From Candidatus Freyarchaeum deiterrae (GTDB taxonomy: Archaea; Asgardarchaeota; Jordiarchaeia; Jordiarchaeales; Jordiarchaeaceae): DNA of 64,000 bases. The stretch's first letter is position 1; each line of letters begins with the position of its first letter. This document shows positions 57,792-64,000 of the stretch, in pieces. A program made the position numbers and the translations under genes. The notes beneath the pieces are model-generated. The model had not been told where the DNA came from. It ran no database searches and saw nothing but the letters and a program-made list of their open reading frames with translations. The stretch spans positions 2,592,001 to 2,656,000 of the forward strand of contig CP147778.1 in the NCBI GenBank assembly GCA_037305845.1. Direction: 5' to 3'.

Positions 57792-59024
57792 TTGCCCAAA
57801 GAGGGTCACGTATCATTTGAGGATTTAAACATGAATTTTGGTTATAGCACTTTTGAAGGAAGCTTGTTTCTGTACACCGAGGAAGAAAACGAGTTCAGAC
57901 AAGAATTTAGAAAATTTGTAAAGAACGAAGTTGAACCCGTAGCCGACAGAATAGACCGAGAAGAGAATTTTGACCTTATTCACGGTACACTGAAAAAAAT
58001 GGGTAAAAAGGGATACCTAAGCTTAGCCTTCCCAGAGGAAATCGGAGGCGGCGGAAAAGGACTGGTTTACCGAACAATAATGGGAGAAGAATTAACAGCC
58101 CTAAACTACGCGACCGCTGTGACTTATGGAGCCAGCTGTGCGCTCTACGCTATGCCGATAATAAAACATGGTACACAGGAACAGCATGAGACGTTTCTAA
58201 AACCAATAATGAACGGAGAAAAAATTGGAGCAATAGCCATGACCGAACCCGGAGCAGGATGCGACGTTGTGGGAGGAATGCGGTGCAGCGCCAAAAGAAG
58301 CGAGGACGGATACGTTATCAACGGTGAGAAAAGATTCATAACAAACGGGTCGAAAGCAAGCTATCTTTTACTGTACGTGATAACCAATCCCAGCGTTAAG
58401 GCCAACCAAGGAATAAGCGCATTCATATTCCCCACTGACACCGAGGGATTCGAGGTAGTGAAGGACTATGAACTGATGGGAAGGCGGGGGTCAGTAAACT
58501 CTCTTCTAGCCTTCCATGATTGCTGGGTTCCCGAACAATGCCTCCTAGGCGAGGAAAACAAGGGCTTCAATATTCTGATGAGCGGTCTAGACGGCGAGAG
58601 AGTTTTCGCAACCAGCCAATACATGGGAATAGCAAGATCCGCATTCGAAGTAGCCCTAAAATACTCCGCTCAGAGAATGCAGTTCAAAAAAGCCATAAGC
58701 GAGTTCGAAGGAGTCAGCTTCAAACTGGCCGAAATGTACGCCAACATAGAGGCTTCAAGACTATTAGACCTCAGAGCCGCAAGAATGATCGACGCAGACC
58801 ACAAAGCCACAAAGGAAGCAGCAATCGCCAAATTCTTCACTACAGACATGGCAGTAAAAACCTGCACAGAAGCATTGCAAATACTGGGCGGAATAGGCTA
58901 CACAAAAGAGTATCCATTAGAAAGATACTTCAGAGACGTGAAAATTGGACAAATAAGCGCCGGAAGCTCCGAAATCATGAGGTTCCTCACCCAGAGGGAA
59001 CTATTCAGAGAGATTGGAGAATAA
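57792..59024 (+). CDS. acyl-CoA dehydrogenase
   Basis: AMTEPGAG, NGEKRFITNG, R.QF, QILGGIGY...ERYFRD. Confidence 0.95.
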   Translation: MPKEGHVSFEDLNMNFGYSTFEGSLFLYTEEENEFRQEFRKFVKNEVEPVADRIDREENFDLIHGTLKKMGKKGYLSLAFPEEIGGGGKGLVYRTIMGEELTALNYATAVTYGASCALYAMPIIKHGTQEQHETFLKPIMNGEKIGAIAMTEPGAGCDVVGGMRCSAKRSEDGYVINGEKRFITNGSKASYLLLYVITNPSVKANQGISAFIFPTDTEGFEVVKDYELMGRRGSVNSLLAFHDCWVPEQCLLGEENKGFNILMSGLDGERVFATSQYMGIARSAFEVALKYSAQRMQFKKAISEFEGVSFKLAEMYANIEASRLLDLRAARMIDADHKATKEAAIAKFFTTDMAVKTCTEALQILGGIGYTKEYPLERYFRDVKIGQISAGSSEIMRFLTQRELFREIGE

Positions 59025-59091
59025 ACTGATTGTTCAACAACAATATTCTCCAAAATTTTTATTTCTGTTTTTTTTTGGGAACTGTTTTTGT

Positions 59092-60252
59092 TTAGAACAT
59101 ATATTCCCAGGCTCTGTCTACGGCGAATTCTCGATTCTTGAGTATCTCCGCTTTGGTCATTTTTCCAGAGGCCACTACCTGTATTTCCTTGAGAATTCTT
59201 TCCCCCGATTCTTGTAAGGTTTCTTTGCCCTCTAGTACTGGGCTTACATCGATATCGAGATTATCACCCATTTTCTCGAAGGTGCGATGGTTACCGGTTA
59301 TTTTGATTACGGGAGCTATTGGGCTTCCCATGGGCGTGCCGAGACCGGTAGTGAACGTTATCAGCTGTGAACCTGCTGCTGCAAGACCTGTTATCGATTC
59401 AACGTCTCGCCCCGGTTCATCCATTAGATATAATCCTTTGCTTGGGGGTTTTTCCGCATACTCTAATAACCCTTGTACGGGTGAGTGCCCCGCCTTGCAG
59501 ATATTTCCCAGCGATTTTTCTTCTATGGTTGTTATTCCGCCTGCTATGTTCCCCGGGGTTGGTTGCGTGCCCCGGACATCAATTCCCAAGGATAGAACTT
59601 TGGATATGTATTTGTCTACTGTGGCGTAGATCTTTTTTGCAATCTCCTCGTTTACTGCTCTTTTTGCCAGCAGGTGTTCGGCTCCTATCCACTCTGTGGC
59701 TTCGGGAAGTATAGCCGTTCCACCCGCCTTAACAATCATGTCTGCGGCTACCCCGACTGCCGGGTTTGCTACTAGCCCCGAAGTTGCGTCTGATCCTCCG
59801 CACTTCAAGCCAAGAATCAGTTCGCTCAGGTCACATTTTTCTCTCTCAAACTCGGAGGCTTCTTCGGATAAGCCTAGCAGTATTTCCACTCCTCTCCTGG
59901 TCGCCTTAAGTGTTCCACCCTCATCTTGAATGTTTATGTACTGCACTGGTTTCTTGAATTTAGCGATCTCGTCGGCAACTAGTTTGGCTGGCACATTCTC
60001 GCACCCTAATCCCACAACCAGCGTGGCTGCAACGTTGGGGTTCCGTCCAAAACCCACAAAGGATGAAATCACTCGCATAAAATCTGCACCCAAATGCCCA
60101 CACCCCAACGGATGTGTAATATAAACCGCGCCTTCAACATCATTGGCTACGTTTACCGCAACCTGGTTAGCACAAACTACACTAGGAATTACCAAGAGGT
60201 GGTTTCTTGTTCCTACCGTTCCATCATCTCTTCTAAAACCTTGGAAACTCAT
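59092..60252 (-). CDS. UxaA-family dehydratase large subunit (altronate dehydratase / SuyB-like)
   Basis: GTRN, GLGCE, KCGGSD, TPGNIAGG..TIEEKSLG, FTTGLG. Confidence 0.9.
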   Translation of the reverse strand: MSFQGFRRDDGTVGTRNHLLVIPSVVCANQVAVNVANDVEGAVYITHPLGCGHLGADFMRVISSFVGFGRNPNVAATLVVGLGCENVPAKLVADEIAKFKKPVQYINIQDEGGTLKATRRGVEILLGLSEEASEFEREKCDLSELILGLKCGGSDATSGLVANPAVGVAADMIVKAGGTAILPEATEWIGAEHLLAKRAVNEEIAKKIYATVDKYISKVLSLGIDVRGTQPTPGNIAGGITTIEEKSLGNICKAGHSPVQGLLEYAEKPPSKGLYLMDEPGRDVESITGLAAAGSQLITFTTGLGTPMGSPIAPVIKITGNHRTFEKMGDNLDIDVSPVLEGKETLQESGERILKEIQVVASGKMTKAEILKNREFAVDRAWEYMF

Positions 60253-60578
60253 TTCCTTTCCCTTCTCTCCTGCACTAATTCTATAGAGTAGACACTTTCA
60301 ACGTTTTGAACATGGACATGCTCCCCTTCCTCTATCGGTTGGGTGGCTATCCCTATGACTTCACCGTATTTGATTACTTTGTCTCCTTTCGATATTTTGG
60401 ATACTGCAAACTTGTGTCCGAAAGGAATTTTCTGTTTCACCTTAATACTTCTCGTTTTTCCTCCTATAACTAAGGGGACACTTGTTCCCTGTTCCAGGTC
60501 TTCAATAACGGTTGCCACATTATCGTTGGGACCCATAACAAGTGCTTTATTAACCATACTAACTAAACTCTCCTCCAA
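60249..60578 (-). CDS. UxaA-family SAF-domain small subunit (SuyA-like)
   Basis: DNVA, IPFGHKFA, IKYGEVIG, GEHVH; ATGA overlap with the large subunit. Confidence 0.9.
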   Translation of the reverse strand: MEESLVSMVNKALVMGPNDNVATVIEDLEQGTSVPLVIGGKTRSIKVKQKIPFGHKFAVSKISKGDKVIKYGEVIGIATQPIEEGEHVHVQNVESVYSIELVQERRERK

Positions 60579-60638
60579 AATAAATTCCCGTTTTTGAATA
60601 AATTCAAAATAGACACCACCTTGGTTCTTCCCTGGTGA

Positions 60639-62057
60639 TTATTTGTCTCTCCCGAATATTTTTTTGTATCGGTATAGTGTTGCGATAGCCTTTGCTGCGT
60701 TTTGGACCGAATTGATTAATGGTATTCCTGATTGGTTGAAGACTTCAATGGCCTTCTTAACTAAGTCGTAGTCTCCGAAACTGTAAAGTATAATTGTCTT
60801 CTCGCAATGTTTGTCCATTATTTCTTTATAAAACTTGTAAAAGGGAGTCAAGTCTAAACCCATACCGTTAGGCTTGGCTATAATTCCCGGAGGTGCGGCT
60901 ATCATAAACAAGCATCCCACGTTTTTGTCTTCAAGAACCGCCTCCAGCACCTGAGCTCCGACCTCCAACATGGCTGGTCCAATATCTACAGGATTTTTGA
61001 TAGATGTCCAGTAGGGAACAACTTTTTTCATCTTTTCCACTGTTTGGGGTTCAAACTTGGCTAGTTTAATCCCCTGTTTTTCCAGTTCGTCGCAGGTCAT
61101 AGCGGCCAGTGAACCCGAATTCGTTATGATTGCGACTCCCTCCGATTTTGGAAGAGGCTGGGTAGCGAAGACTTTGGCGAAGTCTAGGAGCTCTTCGACA
61201 CTGTCAACTCTTATAGCTCCCGTCTGTTTCAGAACCGCGTCAAATATTCTATCATCGCCGGCGAGGCTTCCCGTGTGGCTCCTTATCGCTCTGGCACCAG
61301 CTTCGGTTCTTCCGCTCTTGAGAACCAGAACCGGCTTTTTCCCTGTTACGCGTTTGAAGGTTTCAATGAATTCTCTTCCCCTACCCTTTTTTATTCCCTC
61401 TAGATACAGACAGATAACTTTGGTTTTTTCGTCTTTCTCCAAATAGTTCAACACATCTATTTCGTCAACATCACACTTGTTGCCTAATGTTATGACCTTG
61501 CTTAATCCAAATTTGTTGGCTCCAGCCCAGTCTATTATCACTGTTCCAAATATTCCCGACTGAGCGATGAAAGCCGCGTTTCCCTCCGTCAGGCTATCTA
61601 TATCGATCTCCGCCGTGGAGAATCTGTTTGAGAGATTGGTTATGCCGACACAATTAGGACCGATAACCCGCATTCCATTCTTTTGGGCTATTTCTACTAT
61701 TTCCTGTTGTCTCCGTGCACCCTCCTCGTCTACTTCGGCGAAGCCGGCGGAAAGAACAATCACATATTTTATTCCCTTCTCAGCGCAGTCTTTCATCGCG
61801 TTTGGGGCGGCTTCACTTGGGACGAGGAAAATCGCTAAATCCACGTTATCGGGTATATCCTTCACAGATTTGTACGCCTTCACTCCCATTATTTTATCAG
61901 CCTGAAGGTGAACCGGGTAAACTCTCATATCGGTACGTGAAAGAATGCTTTTGGTCACGAAGTATCCGAATCTAAGCTTTTCACTCGCACCTATTATAGC
62001 CACAGATTTTGGACTAAAGAACGCCTCTAGGTTCATATTCTTCTCCAAGGGCTTCAC
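60639..62057 (-). CDS. ADP-forming acyl-CoA synthetase alpha subunit (second paralog)
   Basis: PKSVAIIGAS, GPNCVG, AQSG, YLEG, SHTGSLAG, NPVD. Confidence 0.92.
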   Translation of the reverse strand: MKPLEKNMNLEAFFSPKSVAIIGASEKLRFGYFVTKSILSRTDMRVYPVHLQADKIMGVKAYKSVKDIPDNVDLAIFLVPSEAAPNAMKDCAEKGIKYVIVLSAGFAEVDEEGARRQQEIVEIAQKNGMRVIGPNCVGITNLSNRFSTAEIDIDSLTEGNAAFIAQSGIFGTVIIDWAGANKFGLSKVITLGNKCDVDEIDVLNYLEKDEKTKVICLYLEGIKKGRGREFIETFKRVTGKKPVLVLKSGRTEAGARAIRSHTGSLAGDDRIFDAVLKQTGAIRVDSVEELLDFAKVFATQPLPKSEGVAIITNSGSLAAMTCDELEKQGIKLAKFEPQTVEKMKKVVPYWTSIKNPVDIGPAMLEVGAQVLEAVLEDKNVGCLFMIAAPPGIIAKPNGMGLDLTPFYKFYKEIMDKHCEKTIILYSFGDYDLVKKAIEVFNQSGIPLINSVQNAAKAIATLYRYKKIFGRDK

Positions 62058-62247
62058 CTTTACCGTATTTCCTTTTTTCAGGACAATAGTGTTCCTAGAT
62101 TTAACTTTTCCCTAATTAACTTTTTATTCCATAAATATCTAAGATACTTATAGCACTTACCGAGCTGTGGTTCGATAACGTTTAAGTTAAGGCAAGCTTA
62201 GTTTAACTATACAGAAATACGCAGAGGGATGTTATATAAAGGAGGCT

Positions 62248-63243
62248 ATGTTTTATACAAAATTGGGAGATAGTAAATTACAGTGTCACCTTTGTCGACA
62301 CGAGTGTGTTATTGCGGATGGAAAGACCGGGATTTGTGCAGTAAGGGAAAACCAAGGAGGCACATTGTACTCACTGGTTTATGGGAAGGTGATTTCCATA
62401 AGTGTGGACCCGGTCGAGAAGAAGCCATTATACCATTTTCTTCCTGGAAACGATACTTACTCATTTGCCTGTCCCGGTTGCAATTTCAGATGTGAGCACT
62501 GCCAAAATTATGAGATCTCTCAGATGCCTAGAGATAAGCAAGTTATACTGGGAGACGAACTTACTCCAAAGGAAATAGTGAACGACGCCTTGGCACAGCA
62601 ATGCAAGAGTATTTCCTACACTTATACTGAACCAACAATATTCTTCGAATTCGCCTACGACGTAGCCATACTTGCGAAAAAAGAGGGTTTGAAAAACATA
62701 TTTGTTACAAACGGCTACATCAGTGAGGAGCCGCTGAGAACCATCGCCCCCTACTTGGACGCTGCAAACATTGATTTAAAGGGCTTTACCGAGGAATTCT
62801 ACAGAAAAACATGTGGGGCTAGATTGGAGCCTTTGCTCGAGTCAATTAAGCTCTATAAGGAGTTGGGAATCTGGATAGAGATAGCGACCCTCATAATTCC
62901 TGATCTGAACGACTCCGAAGAAGAGCTTAGGCAGGCGGCGCGTTTCATCAAAGGTGTAGGAGAAGAGATACCCTGGCACGTAACCGCATACTACCCCGCT
63001 TATAAGATGAGAAAACCACCAACACCACCAGAAACCCTGCGAAAAGCGAGAGAAATCGGATTGAAAGAAGGCCTAAGATACGTCTATGAGGGAAACGTGC
63101 CCGGTGAGAAAGGAGGAAACACCTACTGCTACAAGTGCGGAGAAACGTTGATTCGCAGATACGGATTCAATGTTCTGGAGAACAAAATTAAAAATTCAAA
63201 ATGCCCCAAATGTGGAACCACAATCGACGGCTTATTCGACTAA
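62248..63243 (+). CDS. amrS: AmmeMemoRadiSam system radical SAM enzyme
   Basis: CHLC..C...C, DPVEKKPLYHF, GCNFRCEHCQN, YTYTEP, C-terminal CYKC/CPKC. Confidence 0.92.
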   Translation: MFYTKLGDSKLQCHLCRHECVIADGKTGICAVRENQGGTLYSLVYGKVISISVDPVEKKPLYHFLPGNDTYSFACPGCNFRCEHCQNYEISQMPRDKQVILGDELTPKEIVNDALAQQCKSISYTYTEPTIFFEFAYDVAILAKKEGLKNIFVTNGYISEEPLRTIAPYLDAANIDLKGFTEEFYRKTCGARLEPLLESIKLYKELGIWIEIATLIIPDLNDSEEELRQAARFIKGVGEEIPWHVTAYYPAYKMRKPPTPPETLRKAREIGLKEGLRYVYEGNVPGEKGGNTYCYKCGETLIRRYGFNVLENKIKNSKCPKCGTTIDGLFD

Positions 63244-63336
63244 CAAGTTTCTCTCAATTTTATACAAATCTTGTTTATGAATAGCGCTGATAATTCAAGT
63301 GTTCTGGTGGATGAAAAGTTAGTTTCGCTCTCTGGA

Positions 63337-63546
63337 TTATTTGCTTATAGCATTTATTCTTTTTCGGGTTTCTTCAATCTTGTCTTTTAGACCCGCTTTA
63401 GTGTAGTAGCTAATCGCTCCCTCTAGAAGTTCCTTCGCCTTCCCGGGTTCGTTATCGTGAAGATGCTGTTGGGCTAGTTCCACGTTGTAGTCGCCTCTTT
63501 TTTCTAAATATTTTATTAGTTGATCACTTGCTTTTTCATCAGACAA
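63337..63546 (-). CDS. small helical (TPR-like) hypothetical protein
   Basis: 69 aa; A..LL..A..YY.KAG helical-hairpin pattern. Confidence 0.5.
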   Translation of the reverse strand: MSDEKASDQLIKYLEKRGDYNVELAQQHLHDNEPGKAKELLEGAISYYTKAGLKDKIEETRKRINAISK

Positions 63547-63829
63547 GTTATCACACTCTCTCTACTCTAAATTCTTATAAGCTATCTTGTTTTCAGTTCA
63601 TATTACATTTTTGGTTTTTCACTTATTTGATATTTAAATAATACTTTTGAGCTTTTCCACAGATGATCAGTTTACAGAAATTGGAAATTTCTAACTCCCC
63701 TTTCTAAAGGAATAATATTACTGTATATCATAGATGAGAAAAGAAAAATTGGCGAAATTGTGGGAGCCGCCGGCAGAGAAGAGTTGAAAAAAATTCCAGG
63801 AAAAATATTGGGTTTAAAGACCATCTGAA

Positions 63830-64000
63830 CTACTTTCCTTCTCGAATGACTTCTCTCAGATAGTCTAGAAACCTCTTGAACTCTTCTTCAGTCTCTAAAC
63901 CGTACAAGCCCAATATTTTCTGATAAGCGTCGTATTTTCCCTTTTGCTCTTCAAACAATATTTTCCAAATATAAGCTCTCACCAATGATCTGAGGGTGGT
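63830..64000 (-). CDS. 3' end of a hypothetical protein running in from beyond the window
   Basis: Open frame TTLRSLVRAYIWK...EVIREGK* with stop at 63830-63832. Confidence 0.5.
   Translation of the reverse strand, partial: TTLRSLVRAYIWKILFEEQKGKYDAYQKILGLYGLETEEEFKRFLDYLREVIREGK

Overview
Archaeal genomic DNA (GGAGG/GGTGA ribosome-binding sites, TATA-like promoters, archaeal gene families; possibly an Asgard lineage, which is not proven here). No rRNA, tRNA or CRISPR array was seen. The window has three parts. (1) About 1-21 kb is an AT-rich defence-type island. Its core is a co-oriented nine-gene minus-strand operon (19308 to 8014): tandem-wHTH protein, 1185-aa P-loop ATPase, 202-aa unknown, NurA, HerA, a PUA-less TGT/DpdA-like transglycosylase, a PCNA clamp fused to a wHTH module, a nucleoside 2-deoxyribosyltransferase-family enzyme and QueC. 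This is a candidate undescribed 7-deazaguanine modification/defence system. It is flanked by an EVE-PD-(D/E)xK nuclease, a membrane PLD-like protein, a class II GATase-wHTH fusion, a beta-CASP nuclease and a tandem GIY-YIG nuclease. (2) About 21-28 kb is a zone of accreted toxin-antitoxin cassettes and a solo tnpB, punctuated by two diverged extra copies of the 3' end of the aminotransferase gene at 27815-29008, consistent with an integration hotspot. (3) About 28-64 kb is mostly metabolic genes with scattered TA pairs, an intact IS607 element and three tandem Roadblock/profilin-like paralogs. The aconitase-family large-subunit gene (leuC/hacA type, 43004-44308) is interrupted by a 33-nt stop-containing insert. 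The insert folds into a canonical bulge-helix-bulge motif whose splicing would restore the frame, making it a candidate archaeal mRNA intron.
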